From IMG/VR virus record IMGVR_UViG_3300008459_000033, positions 5,169 through 69,168 of that record: a DNA stretch of 64,000 bases. One strand, given 5' to 3'. The stretch is from a virus. A program made the position numbers and the translations under genes. Under the pieces are notes generated by a model. The model worked only from the letters and a program-made list of their open reading frames with translations, did no database searches and had not been told where the DNA came from. Below, piece by piece: positions 46,275 through 56,906 of this stretch (position 1 is its first letter; each line of letters begins with the position of its first letter).

Positions 46275-46647
46275 TAATCTCAAAGACTTCTGTAACAATT
46301 ACGAAGTCAAAGTTGTAAATGATACCCAGCGTTATGCTAGATATCGCCGTCCTACTTTTTTTTCTTACGAACACGATGCTAGTTTAATTCGTAATGATTT
46401 GATGGATCTTCAAACTGAAAAATTGTATACAGTTCAAATTCCAGAAAGTAGACTAAAAACATTAGTCGAAATGGAAAAACGTTTTATGAATCACCGAGAC
46501 GATCCCGGCATTAGAGACATGTTTGAAACTCTAATGGATAAAGAACGTGAAGAAGCCCATTACAGGCATACCAACGAAGCTGTTAAAAAAGCCTATGAGC
46601 AGTATAGTATCATGTTAAATCTAGCAGGCTATCAAAGGAAATTTTAA
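46267..46647 (+). CDS. Hypothetical protein
   Basis: 126-aa ORF overlapping the thyX end. Confidence 0.7.
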   Translation: MDDNLKDFCNNYEVKVVNDTQRYARYRRPTFFSYEHDASLIRNDLMDLQTEKLYTVQIPESRLKTLVEMEKRFMNHRDDPGIRDMFETLMDKEREEAHYRHTNEAVKKAYEQYSIMLNLAGYQRKF

Positions 46648-46997
46648 TGAATAGCGTACAGATATTATCTGCTTGTCTAGCATGGCTAGTTTTAATAGGG
46701 TTAGTATATCGTCATATTACCTTTACTAAAATTAAAGAATGCTATAGCATGTGGTTTACAAAGGAATACTGGACCGACTACAATATTGTAGAGTTTGCTA
46801 GTTGGGCGGCTAAGGCCATAATCATTGTTCCTGGCTTGATATTTGGTATACAAATTTGGTGGCTGTACTTCTTTACACTGGCAACTAGTCTTACACTTAT
46901 TTGGGCCAGTGAAAAGAAACTATTACCGACGTTAGTGGGATTCAACACCATTTGGGTTTGGATTAGTTGCATGGTACTAGCCCAGCATCTTGTTTAA
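46647..46997 (+). CDS. Membrane protein
   Basis: Several hydrophobic helices. Confidence 0.7.
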   Translation: MNSVQILSACLAWLVLIGLVYRHITFTKIKECYSMWFTKEYWTDYNIVEFASWAAKAIIIVPGLIFGIQIWWLYFFTLATSLTLIWASEKKLLPTLVGFNTIWVWISCMVLAQHLV

Positions 46998-47017
46998 TCA
47001 TTCAAAAACCAACTGTA

Positions 47018-47046
47018 TTGACACATTTATAAACAGATAGTATAAT
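47018..47046 (+). promoter_or_regulatory. Sigma70 promoter (perfect consensus)
   Basis: TTGACA-17-TATAAT. Confidence 0.8.
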
Positions 47047-47067
47047 TACATTTACAAAGGATTAGAA

Positions 47068-47919
47068 ATGAGTCGATCGCATTATTGGACATGCAGTAAG
47101 TTTGCAGACTGGCTTCGTGGTACTACTAAACTTAAATGTGGCACTAGCGAGGAATGGAACGAATGGGAAAAACGAGCAAAAGCAGATTATCCGGTTCGTT
47201 GGTGGCTGGCTGAAGAAGGGCTTGACTATCTACAAAAGATAGTGTATTATCCCACAGATAAACTTTATGACGTTAAGTATTACATTAATAATCGCTGGAT
47301 TACTCGTACTCATGCTCTTACGGCCCATCCTCGAGACATACAGCCTGGTCACTGGTGTGATGTTGGCAATCGCTTCCTTCCTTGTCTTTTCAATGAGCTT
47401 GTGGATTTTGTTGAAGTAGAACAAGCATGGAGTCACATTGCCTGGGGCAGTGAAGAAGATAAAGCAAAGTATAAGGCACCGTTCTGGGCAACTGGTTGGT
47501 TCCGTTGGAGAACATGGCGTTGTCCACAAGCTGGTCTAGACCATCTTAATTGGGCTATGACTTTGACTAATACTGATTGGTGTGAACCGGGCCACAAAGA
47601 CTACGGCAAGCCAACTGGTCAAGCACTTAGAGCCAAGGAAATTAAAGAGCTGTATGTATGGTGGACTACCGTATATCCTAACCGCAAAGATCCACATGAG
47701 TTAAGCGGTTGGAACGAGTTTTGCGATCGACGTAGGCAAGCAGCCAAAGCAGATGGCAATGATAGTTTTTGGGCAAGTATGAACGACAAAACCCCAGCTG
47801 AGCGTAAAGAAAGTACTCGCATACTTAAACTGTGTCAGAAGATTGAAAAAGAACAAAGTGACGAAGATGAAGCTATGATGATCCGATTAATTAAAGCACG
47901 AGATTCGCTATGGACCTAA
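47068..47919 (+). CDS. Trp-rich hypothetical phage protein
   Basis: 283-aa ORF with RBS, ends RLIKARDSLWT. Confidence 0.8.
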   Translation: MSRSHYWTCSKFADWLRGTTKLKCGTSEEWNEWEKRAKADYPVRWWLAEEGLDYLQKIVYYPTDKLYDVKYYINNRWITRTHALTAHPRDIQPGHWCDVGNRFLPCLFNELVDFVEVEQAWSHIAWGSEEDKAKYKAPFWATGWFRWRTWRCPQAGLDHLNWAMTLTNTDWCEPGHKDYGKPTGQALRAKEIKELYVWWTTVYPNRKDPHELSGWNEFCDRRRQAAKADGNDSFWASMNDKTPAERKESTRILKLCQKIEKEQSDEDEAMMIRLIKARDSLWT

Positions 47920-48113
47920 ACGTAGTAAAGGTTAAATGGAATCACGAACAAAGTAGCATTTGGTGGAATGAAACCTGCGCTATGATTTTAGAAAAATTTG
48001 GATTACCGGGTAATAGATACATAACTAAATCGACTGAAAACGACATGGATTTTGTTTTTAATGATGTTAATGATGCTACAATGTGTAGATTATATATAAG
48101 CGAAAGACTATGA
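47910..48113 (+). CDS. Hypothetical protein
   Basis: Overlapping operon ORF. Confidence 0.65.
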   Translation: MDLNVVKVKWNHEQSSIWWNETCAMILEKFGLPGNRYITKSTENDMDFVFNDVNDATMCRLYISERL

Positions 48114-48397
48114 AATCAATTAAAGAAAAAACATTTGAAGAACTAACATCTGATGATTGCAAAGAACTAAAGGTCGAGTTTGCACCTGGTTGTTTTGACA
48201 CATTTGACGGCACCCAAGAAGAGCTAGATGGTCTTATTGCCGAAATACAAGCAGCAATTAAAGATGGATCTATTTTAGAAAATTCTCGTCCGCTTGATGT
48301 TGATAAACTAATGGACGAAGATCCGGAACTTGCATATCATATTGCTGCCACATTAGGTGCAATTGATGATAATACTCCTAAACGTACACTACAATGA
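48110..48397 (+). CDS. Hypothetical protein
   Basis: ATGA overlaps on both sides. Confidence 0.7.
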   Translation: MKSIKEKTFEELTSDDCKELKVEFAPGCFDTFDGTQEELDGLIAEIQAAIKDGSILENSRPLDVDKLMDEDPELAYHIAATLGAIDDNTPKRTLQ

Positions 48398-48867
48398 AAT
48401 CTGAAACTCCAGCAGAAGGTATTTTGAAACGCAGCGACTTCGGTGATAGTAAATTCTATCAAGTTGTCTGTGGCTGTGGTCAAGAGCATCACGACCATAC
48501 AGTTGAAGTCGAAGCTGCTGATACAGGTATCAACGTAAACATCTATGCTACAGCTAAAACAAATTATTGGTCAGAGACTTTTAAAAAGCGATTTGATATC
48601 GACAATAGTTGGCAACAAGAGTTTGATTGGTTCTGGAAAGATCTAGTCAACGGACTAGTTACTAGACTTAAAGTAACTTGGCAACTTTGGACAACAGGTG
48701 CTGTTAAAGTTGAAACAACTATTGCAATGTCAGAGCAGCAGGCTCTTAATTATGCAGAAATATTGAAATCTGCAATTAAAGATGTTAAACAATTTCAAAA
48801 AGAACGCACCTCCAGCGTTGAAAACAAACAGGCACTCAAAGCAGCAGCCAACCAAGACTGTGTCTAA
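48394..48867 (+). CDS. Hypothetical protein (CxC..H motif)
   Basis: 157-aa ORF. Confidence 0.7.
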   Translation: MKSETPAEGILKRSDFGDSKFYQVVCGCGQEHHDHTVEVEAADTGINVNIYATAKTNYWSETFKKRFDIDNSWQQEFDWFWKDLVNGLVTRLKVTWQLWTTGAVKVETTIAMSEQQALNYAEILKSAIKDVKQFQKERTSSVENKQALKAAANQDCV

Positions 48868-49402
48868 TATTTCCAAGAGTCCGGACCGATATACCTTTCA
48901 AGCCGAAGGGTATCGCAAACGCATGGCAGAAGAAACTGATCCGGAAAAGATTAAGTCAGCACAACTCATGCTTGATTATTATGCAAAATGGAAAGAAGAA
49001 GCTGACGCAAGAACACTCGATCCATGTTGGCAAGAAGACAACATGGAGTATGATCTACGAACATGTGCGTGGATGCTGGACAAAGTTCGCGGCAGTGATA
49101 GATATGCTCAAAATCTCTATGCTGCAATATGTAACAATGACTTTCAAAAACATGCAGTAATTCCTATTCTTTCTAATAAGACCTGGAGTGCTAGCTGGCG
49201 TCATGCCGGAGGCATTGTAGCCGACATGCAAGGCAAAGGCGACTACATCGATTGGTATTGCAGTGGTATAGGTGAAGGGCTAGGCAACGGTGATCCTGAA
49301 CGTGTCAAAGGATATGTCCCCGAAAGCGTTGTTACTGAGGAAGTAAAATTAGATTTAAAAGAGCTAGGCTGGTCAGTCATAGACTCTGATAGAGAAGATT
49401 AA
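48860..49402 (+). CDS. Hypothetical phage protein
   Basis: YAQNLYAA.CNN, SWR.AGGIVA, YIDWYCSG; likely GTG start. Confidence 0.75.
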   Translation: MSNISKSPDRYTFQAEGYRKRMAEETDPEKIKSAQLMLDYYAKWKEEADARTLDPCWQEDNMEYDLRTCAWMLDKVRGSDRYAQNLYAAICNNDFQKHAVIPILSNKTWSASWRHAGGIVADMQGKGDYIDWYCSGIGEGLGNGDPERVKGYVPESVVTEEVKLDLKELGWSVIDSDRED

Positions 49403-49421
49403 GGAGATAAGGTAAACCAAA

Positions 49422-49616
49422 ATGACTTGGGAATTCTACGAAGTATGGGCCGAGGACGAAGACGGCCACGAAGAACTAATTGAAACGACACAAAGTCGTA
49501 CTGAAGCCGTGGCATTGGCAAAAAGCAGTCTCACTGAAGATTTCATTTCGACTGTTGTATATCAAGAAAACGAAGATGGCGATTTAAAAGAAATAGAACG
49601 GATATATCGAGATTGA
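49422..49616 (+). CDS. Small acidic protein
   Basis: 64-aa ORF with RBS. Confidence 0.7.
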   Translation: MTWEFYEVWAEDEDGHEELIETTQSRTEAVALAKSSLTEDFISTVVYQENEDGDLKEIERIYRD

Positions 49617-49675
49617 CAAATCTAAATCAACCATGTTAAAGTCTATTCAGTTACATACACTGACAGGAGAGCATT

Positions 49676-50851
49676 ATGGCAACAACAAAATCTAAAATAG
49701 CAATTCGTGAAAATTCAAAGCGTGATCCGAGCCCTGATTGGTCAGGACACGAAACATGGGATACAAATAAGTTTTTAAAACAATTCTATGTGTCCATGGA
49801 ATGGTATCGTTTGGAAACTTCTGTAAAAGATCTAAAGCCTAAAGTTATTAATTGGATGGCAGCAAACGAATATACAAAAACAGAGATTGCTGAATTTAAG
49901 AAAACCAAAGATAATCGTTGTCCTCTTACTGTTGGTGCAATTGCAGCAAATCTTTTGCGAGGCATGCCTGTAGTTCGTGCAGATTGGAATCAGGGTCGAA
50001 GCACTGAAACATGGCTACGCAATGCAATTTCTAAAATTGTCGACGAAGGCAAGTATGATGCAGATGAGGCAGACGAAGCAGCAGTTGTTGATGCTAACAA
50101 GCCTGCAGTCTATGTTCCGTCAATTCAAGAACGTGTTAAAGAAGCTAGTTTTAAAATGACCGAAGAGATCGAAACTGCACTAGAAGCATTTTCTGCAGAT
50201 CCAGAGGCATTTGATCCCAAGGCGTTTAAGGTACTTAATTTGCTTAAAGGTAAAGAAGCCAAAGCGGCTCATGCTCGCATTATCAAAGGCTGTTACGAAA
50301 GACAATACAACGAGTTAGTTGAAGTAGCTACTACCAAAGACGAGCAATTAAAAGAAGGCTACAGTCACATAAGCAAAGTTAATCTAAAAAAGATTACAGC
50401 GTTTTATAATGAGATTTTAACAGCTTGTGACATGCTGATGCAGGAAGCTAAGATTAATCGTGTTCCAAGAAAAACAAAAACAGTAAGTCGCGATAAGTTA
50501 GTTGCAAAACTCAAATATGCCAAAGCAAATGAACCACTGAAGTTGGTCAGTATTAATCCGGTAGACATTATTGGTAGCAAAGAGCTTTGGGTGTTTAATA
50601 CTAAATCTAGAAAATTAGGCAAATATATTGCCGGAGAGTTTCATGATTTGGGTGTTAAAGGAACTACAATTACTGGCTTTGACGAATTCAAAAGTGTACA
50701 AAAAACACTGCGTAAGCCAGAAGATCAGCTTAAAGAATTCAAAGCAGCAGGTAAGGTACAGTTGCGTAAGTTCTTAGAAGATATCAAAGCAGTGGATATC
50801 AAGCTAAATGGGCGTATTAGCGAAGAAGTGATCCTGCTTAAAGCAGCATAA
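49676..50851 (+). CDS. Hypothetical phage protein
   Basis: 391-aa ORF, AGGAG RBS. Confidence 0.8.
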   Translation: MATTKSKIAIRENSKRDPSPDWSGHETWDTNKFLKQFYVSMEWYRLETSVKDLKPKVINWMAANEYTKTEIAEFKKTKDNRCPLTVGAIAANLLRGMPVVRADWNQGRSTETWLRNAISKIVDEGKYDADEADEAAVVDANKPAVYVPSIQERVKEASFKMTEEIETALEAFSADPEAFDPKAFKVLNLLKGKEAKAAHARIIKGCYERQYNELVEVATTKDEQLKEGYSHISKVNLKKITAFYNEILTACDMLMQEAKINRVPRKTKTVSRDKLVAKLKYAKANEPLKLVSINPVDIIGSKELWVFNTKSRKLGKYIAGEFHDLGVKGTTITGFDEFKSVQKTLRKPEDQLKEFKAAGKVQLRKFLEDIKAVDIKLNGRISEEVILLKAA

Positions 50852-50899
50852 TCAATTCAAAAACGGGCGGATAAATACTCTAAATAGGAGTGTTTATCC

Positions 50900-53800
50900 A
50901 TGCCTGATCTAGGGCGAGTAGCCGTTGCTGATTCTTTTAGAAGAATCCTTCTCCAACCAAATAACGTAACAATTTCTGCAGACGATGTCGATGATGCATT
51001 GACATTAGTCGCCGGAAATTTTATGCAGTTCGTTCCCAATGAAGCAGGGGATCAAATTACCATCAATGCAGCTTCTACAATTTCTGCATCGTTTGATGGC
51101 GGAGATGTTGCCTTAGTTACCAATTTTCTAAGTACACAGGCTGCAACAAATACCGCAACCGGTGCTGTTAGAATATCCGGCGGTCTTGGTGTAGGTGGTG
51201 CAATCTATGCTAACAGTATTCAAAATACCCCAATCGGTTCTAGTACCAAAGCAACTGGAGGATTTACATCTCTAACAGCCGTTGGTACAACAACTCTTGA
51301 GGGAATCGTGAACATCAACGGATTAGATGTTTCAACTTCTATCACTCCGTTAGGCACTGGCACAGTAACAATTAATCCAAATACTGCCGGTACCATTAAT
51401 AAAATGAGCATTGGTGCTACTACTAGAAGCACAGGTGCATTTACTACTCTTGCTGCAAATAGCACAACAACACTAATTGGTGCTGTTGATATAAACGGCA
51501 GCAATGTTAATACTGTAATATCTCCAACTGGAACTGGTACTGTTACCATTCAGCCAGCTGGTGGATTAACTGTGAACCCAACTACCCTAGGAACAATTAA
51601 TAATGTCAGCATTGGTGCTTCGACAAGAAGCACAGGTGCATTTACAACACTGGCAGCAAATTCTGCAACTACGTTAACTGCTAACACAGCAAGTACAACA
51701 ACCGGAACAGGCACATTAGTTGTCACTGGTGGTGTGGGTGTCAGCGGACAAGCAACAATTAACAACATTTCGATAACTGCTAATACTGCAAGTTCATCAA
51801 CTGTAACAGGTGCATTAATTGTCACAGGTGGTGCAGGCATAGGCGGCGACATATATGCCGGAAGTATTCAGTCAACACCAATCGGCGCAACTACTAGAAG
51901 CACAGGTGCTTTTACTACCCTTGCTGCAAATAACGATGTTACCTTTACCAAGAACGTTGAAAGCACAACAACAACATCTGGTACATTAGTTGTCACCGGC
52001 GGTGTTGGTGTAAGTGGAAATATTAATGCAGGTGGTGTTACATCAACAGGTACAGTATCGCTGAGTCCGGCTAACGCAAACGTAACTATAAGCCCTACAG
52101 GCACTGGAACAGTTACAATTAACCCTGTATCAGGTCTAACAATAAATCCCACTGCTCTAGGTACAATTAACAATACCAGCATTGGTGCTTCAACTAGAAG
52201 TACAGGTGCGTTTACAACATTGGGTGCAAACAGTACAGTATCGTTTGATACAACTACTAATAATCAAAGTTACACCAATACGGGTGCAGGTACAATCACA
52301 ATAGATTCTGGAGCAACTGGTTCTATTAATAATATGACCATTGGTGCTGTCGAAGAAGCTACAGGTCGATTCACTACGGTAACTTCAACAATTGCTCAAG
52401 GTACTGCTCCATTAACAGTGACTTCAACCACTGTGGTAGCAAATCTGCAGGCAGCAACCGCAGCAAAGTGGCATACTGCAAGAACATTAACCATAAGTGG
52501 TTATGTGTCTGGAAGTGGTAGCATTGACGGCAGCGGTGATGTGACTATTTCCACAACAGCCGCTACAGATGCAGTGACTTTAGGTGAGAGCACAATTGGT
52601 CAGTATGCATCTACTGTTGCAGTTAGTGGTAACGGTTTAACAGCCACTACACCAAATGCAGACAATGGTACAGCGTATACTATTACATCAAATGCTACCA
52701 GTGCAAATACACCGGGCACTGTTGTTTATAGAGAAGCAGTAACTGGTAATTTTAGTGCTGGAACAATTAGTGGTGCTATCAGCGCATCGACTATTGCGGC
52801 AACAGGTGCTGTTACATTTAATCAAGTTAGTGCAAATATTTCAATCCAGCCAACTGGAACAGGTACAGTTACAATTAAACCGGCAACTGTTGGTGCATTA
52901 GATAATGTAATTATCGGTGCAACTGGAGCGGTCGCTGGAACATTTACTACACTAACATCTACAAATAATACGTCATTTAACGGAGCGAATATCACCGTTG
53001 AGATTAAACCAAGCGGTACTGGCACCGTTGCTATTCGACCAAATACTGTAGGTGCAATTGACAACGTTAATATCGGAGCCAATGTTCCATGGATAGGATC
53101 GTTTACACAATTAACTACTTCTAGTACAGTGAACATGGCCGGCAATGGCGCCATTATTACATTAAATCCAACTGGTAGTGGAACTGTTACTATTAATCCA
53201 GCTACTGAAGGTTCAATTAATAGAATGAGTATTGGTGCTACTGCCAGAGCAGCAGGTAATTTTACAACTCTTGAATCTAACGGACAGACCAGATTCACCG
53301 CAGGTATTGCAAGTACTAACACAACAACCGGAACATTAGTGGTAACTGGTGGAGTAGGAATCAGCGGAGCATTAAGAGTGGGCGGAGCAATTAATGGCGG
53401 TACCTCAATTAGTACATCTTCACTTAGTAGTGATACATATACTTTTTCCAGCGGTGTTACCAGTGGATTAAGACAGGGCATTGCTGGATTCTCGGTTTTT
53501 GTCGATGCCTTCAATCAATTTAATACCGATACTCAAACAGATTTTGATATCACTTCAGAATTATGGCCATTTAGTAACGGGTACAGCTTTGTAAGGATTA
53601 GTTGCATTGCCATATACGAAAATGATTTTGGTGCTCCTACAGCTAGATCAAGATTACATAAATCTTGGATCCAAGGACTTTGGTATAACGATGCAACCTC
53701 AACCTGGACTATTGAAGGCGCTGCATTAGAACACGGGGTATTTAATACAGACTCTACGAACTTTCCAGCAGGGTCAGTTAATGCTGGAAAAGCATTAATT

Positions 53801-53908
53801 GTAGTATCAGGAACTAGCGTAATATTAAGATTTATAAACAGAACCAGTCCATCAACTAATTCATTAACTCGGTGGTCATGGAGAGCGGAGGTATTCTATG
53901 CTTGGTAA
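50900..53908 (+). CDS. Tail fibre/virion protein with T/G/S-rich repeats
   Basis: Repeats SIGA(T/S)TRSTGAFTTL, P.GTGTVTINP, GTLVVTGGVG; TAAATA upstream. Confidence 0.8.
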   Translation: MPDLGRVAVADSFRRILLQPNNVTISADDVDDALTLVAGNFMQFVPNEAGDQITINAASTISASFDGGDVALVTNFLSTQAATNTATGAVRISGGLGVGGAIYANSIQNTPIGSSTKATGGFTSLTAVGTTTLEGIVNINGLDVSTSITPLGTGTVTINPNTAGTINKMSIGATTRSTGAFTTLAANSTTTLIGAVDINGSNVNTVISPTGTGTVTIQPAGGLTVNPTTLGTINNVSIGASTRSTGAFTTLAANSATTLTANTASTTTGTGTLVVTGGVGVSGQATINNISITANTASSSTVTGALIVTGGAGIGGDIYAGSIQSTPIGATTRSTGAFTTLAANNDVTFTKNVESTTTTSGTLVVTGGVGVSGNINAGGVTSTGTVSLSPANANVTISPTGTGTVTINPVSGLTINPTALGTINNTSIGASTRSTGAFTTLGANSTVSFDTTTNNQSYTNTGAGTITIDSGATGSINNMTIGAVEEATGRFTTVTSTIAQGTAPLTVTSTTVVANLQAATAAKWHTARTLTISGYVSGSGSIDGSGDVTISTTAATDAVTLGESTIGQYASTVAVSGNGLTATTPNADNGTAYTITSNATSANTPGTVVYREAVTGNFSAGTISGAISASTIAATGAVTFNQVSANISIQPTGTGTVTIKPATVGALDNVIIGATGAVAGTFTTLTSTNNTSFNGANITVEIKPSGTGTVAIRPNTVGAIDNVNIGANVPWIGSFTQLTTSSTVNMAGNGAIITLNPTGSGTVTINPATEGSINRMSIGATARAAGNFTTLESNGQTRFTAGIASTNTTTGTLVVTGGVGISGALRVGGAINGGTSISTSSLSSDTYTFSSGVTSGLRQGIAGFSVFVDAFNQFNTDTQTDFDITSELWPFSNGYSFVRISCIAIYENDFGAPTARSRLHKSWIQGLWYNDATSTWTIEGAALEHGVFNTDSTNFPAGSVNAGKALIVVSGTSVILRFINRTSPSTNSLTRWSWRAEVFYAW

Positions 53909-54158
53909 TAAAAAAGATTTATTGTTTAGAACTAATCAAAATATAAACGGAAAATCTATTGAAATAAGAAAATACAGTGAACGCACTGAAATTTATGTAA
54001 TAAATCCTCTAGATCCAGGACACAAAATTTTAAAATCATTTGATCATTTTGAAAATCTTACAGAAGAAAATTGTGTTCAACTTTTATCTGCCGATCAGCA
54101 GGTTTTAGAATTTATAAACAAAGAACACCCTTCTTTTAACACGGTTAATCCTGAATAA
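53898..54158 (+). CDS. Small hypothetical protein (possible fibre accessory)
   Basis: Overlaps the fibre gene end. Confidence 0.6.
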   Translation: MLGNKKDLLFRTNQNINGKSIEIRKYSERTEIYVINPLDPGHKILKSFDHFENLTEENCVQLLSADQQVLEFINKEHPSFNTVNPE

Positions 54159-54182
54159 AATATAGGTGGATAAATATAAAAT

Positions 54183-55325
54183 ATGAGCAAACCTACCATA
54201 GATCAAGCGTTAGAACAGCTGGGTGCCGCAATAAAAGTGCAGGCAGCAGCTACCATTGACGTAACACATTTCCTACAAAATTTACCAAAACGTTCGTTAT
54301 CAGGAGATCATGTCTCCGGTGGCAAGATTGTAAACTTTTCAAGCGCAGGCATCGACGATAAAGCCAGTAAAACTCAAATTACATTAACTGACGATGCAGC
54401 ATCTATAACAAATTTAAAGGTAGAAACTGTCAAAGACAACTTAAAAGTCGAGGGCAAAGTCATTGCAGACAGCATGGAAGTTGCAGGTCTACTTAAAGCC
54501 AATGTTTTAGAAGTCAGCGAAATTAGAGCTGATGTAAAGTTAGAAAAATACAGTCCTTTGGAATTTAAGTCTACCGGCGAAGAATCAATCTACGGCAAAG
54601 GATTGTTATGGACAGGTACTGGCATTACCAAACAACTTGTTATAGCAGCAAATCCAGACAGATTGTTTTCAACTGAGCATCTAGACATTGCCAAAGATAA
54701 AGTATTTTCAATAGGTAATGTTTCGGTGTTATCTGAAAAAGAACTAGGCCCGAGTGTTATAAAAAGTAATATCAGAGAGCTAGGTAGATTACGCGGTCTT
54801 ACAGTGGACGGTGACGTACAAATTAATCAGTACATGTTTTATAGTGCAGAATCGGATAGACTAGGCCTAGGCACAGATCAACCACATGCTGCTCTAAGCG
54901 TTGCCGAAGATGCTATAGAAGTAGTGTTAGGTACTAGAGAAAGCACAAGAGGCATGGTTGGCACATATGCAAGTATACCTTTTGACATAGTCACAGATAG
55001 TCGTCCTAGAATTTCCGTAGAGTCAAACGGAAATATTAAACTAGGTAACATTGCCCAAGCACCTATTCAAGTTTCAATTCACGGAAAGCTAGCAATTAGA
55101 GTTAACAATCCAGATCCAGAAGTTGATCTACACGTTAACGGTCCTATTCGTTATCACGGTCATATACATCAATATGCCGACACTCATCCAAGTACGGGCG
55201 AATTTATCAAGGGCGATGTAGTATGGAATACAAATCCGCAGGTCGGTTCTTATGCAGGCTGGATATGTACAATTAGCGGAAACCCAGGTCGTTGGGCTGC
55301 ATTTGGAGCATTAGTTAATATATGA
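54183..55325 (+). CDS. Virion structural/fibre-associated protein
   Basis: RLGLGTDQP, GD.VWN..P..G.Y.GW.C..G.PG.W; TAAATA upstream. Confidence 0.7.
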   Translation: MSKPTIDQALEQLGAAIKVQAAATIDVTHFLQNLPKRSLSGDHVSGGKIVNFSSAGIDDKASKTQITLTDDAASITNLKVETVKDNLKVEGKVIADSMEVAGLLKANVLEVSEIRADVKLEKYSPLEFKSTGEESIYGKGLLWTGTGITKQLVIAANPDRLFSTEHLDIAKDKVFSIGNVSVLSEKELGPSVIKSNIRELGRLRGLTVDGDVQINQYMFYSAESDRLGLGTDQPHAALSVAEDAIEVVLGTRESTRGMVGTYASIPFDIVTDSRPRISVESNGNIKLGNIAQAPIQVSIHGKLAIRVNNPDPEVDLHVNGPIRYHGHIHQYADTHPSTGEFIKGDVVWNTNPQVGSYAGWICTISGNPGRWAAFGALVNI

Positions 55326-56188
55326 GCAACGTAGAACAAAAAATCACAGCGGTAACTGATGCGTTAAAAATTTTACTAGACGAACAGTTTCAAGAAGTAA
55401 GCATTGCCAACATTCCACACATTGAATTTAAAGTAAGTGGCAATGGTAATCTAGTAGGTAAAGGGTTAATCTGGACAGGTGCAGGTGCAACCAAACAGTT
55501 TATCACAACTACAAATCCAGACAGAATTTATAGTTCAGAAACTATTGATCTTGCCAAAGATAAAAATATCTCAATTAATAATGTTCCTGTTATCAGCGAA
55601 CGAGAATTAGGTCCAAGTGTTACTAAGAGTAATCTAAAAGAACTAGGTCGACTACGTGGTTTAATTGTAGACGGTGATCTACAAATTAATCAGTACATGT
55701 TCTATGATTCTGCAACAGACAGACTAGGACTAGGAACCGATACACCAAATGCAATGTTTAGCATTTTAGAAAACGGTGTTGAGGTTATGTTAGGAACAAC
55801 AGAGCATAGTCGAGGTGCAGTTGGAACATATGCATCAAACGATTTTGATATTGTCACCGATAATACTGCACGTATATCTGTTAGCGGTGGCGGTGATATC
55901 GAACTAGGGAATAGAAATTCTGGTCCTAGTAAAGTAACAGTTAATGGCAAATTAGGTATTAATGTATCACAACCAGACACAAGAGTTGACTTACATGTTG
56001 CAGGGGCTGTAAAATTTAACGATAAGTTACACCTAAGTGGAACAGAACCCCCGAGTGGTGGATCACACACTGTAGGCGATATTGTTTGGAACTCTGCACC
56101 ATCAACTAATAGCTTTATTGGTTGGGTATGTGTTCAAGCAGGCGCTCCTGGTCAGTGGTTACCATTCGGTCAAATACAGCCAAGATAA
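55322..56188 (+). CDS. Tandem paralog of 54183..55325
   Basis: Shared GKGL.WTG, ELGPSV.KSN..ELGRLRGL.VDGD..INQYMFY blocks. Confidence 0.75.
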   Translation: MSNVEQKITAVTDALKILLDEQFQEVSIANIPHIEFKVSGNGNLVGKGLIWTGAGATKQFITTTNPDRIYSSETIDLAKDKNISINNVPVISERELGPSVTKSNLKELGRLRGLIVDGDLQINQYMFYDSATDRLGLGTDTPNAMFSILENGVEVMLGTTEHSRGAVGTYASNDFDIVTDNTARISVSGGGDIELGNRNSGPSKVTVNGKLGINVSQPDTRVDLHVAGAVKFNDKLHLSGTEPPSGGSHTVGDIVWNSAPSTNSFIGWVCVQAGAPGQWLPFGQIQPR

Positions 56189-56800
56189 ATGCAATCATTA
56201 GTTTTGGGCAACGGCGAAAGCCGTGGCTCTGTCAACATTTCAAAAGCATCATGCATCAAGTATGGATGTAATGCTATTCACCGTGACTACTTTGTAGAAC
56301 ATCTTGTATGCGTTGACACACGTATGGTAGACGAAGCTCTTAAGAATCCAACAACACTCAATTCAAAAATATACACACGTACTAACTGGATACAGGAATA
56401 CAATAAATGTTCAAATGTTTGCATTGTTCCCAGTCTTCCGTATACAGGCGAAGGACGGTCAGACGATCCGTGGCATTGGGGTAGTGGGCCGTATGCTGTA
56501 TTAATAGCGGCACTGGAAAATACTGATGTGCATATGATAGGATTTGATTTACATGGCAATGACCATCTAGTCAATAATGTCTACAAAGGCACTGCTAATT
56601 ATTTGACTCCAGACAAACCAAAAGTAGATCCTAGCTATTGGGTCTATCAAATAGGCAAGGTTTTTGAATGCTTTCCTAATACTCAATTTACAATTTATAA
56701 TGTTCACGGATGGCAGATGCCGAGAGAATGGACATTGTCAAATGTTAATCTATTGAGCATAGCAGACTTCACAATGGCTGTGGCAGATTTGCAAACTTAA
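56189..56800 (+). CDS. Glycosyltransferase-like (MAF/sialyltransferase-like) protein
   Basis: VLGNGESR, YGCNA..RD, WGSG.YA, MIGFD. Confidence 0.55.
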   Translation: MQSLVLGNGESRGSVNISKASCIKYGCNAIHRDYFVEHLVCVDTRMVDEALKNPTTLNSKIYTRTNWIQEYNKCSNVCIVPSLPYTGEGRSDDPWHWGSGPYAVLIAALENTDVHMIGFDLHGNDHLVNNVYKGTANYLTPDKPKVDPSYWVYQIGKVFECFPNTQFTIYNVHGWQMPREWTLSNVNLLSIADFTMAVADLQT

Positions 56801-56906
56801 TAAATATTCTTTATAATACACACACAGCGGACTTTTAACGTCATTCATCCCGCTATATAAACTCTGCATGTCGTCAAACTTGCTCATTCATTAAAGGAGA
56901 CTAGAG

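Noticed and set aside
51220-53514. Val/Pro-rich minus-strand ORFs (also 55702, 61295, 61571)
   Set aside because: Antisense shadows of Thr/Gly-rich structural genes.
50900-56188. Diversity-generating retroelement acting on fibre genes
   Set aside because: No reverse transcriptase and no adenine-specific TR/VR pair; the repeats are in-frame protein repeats.
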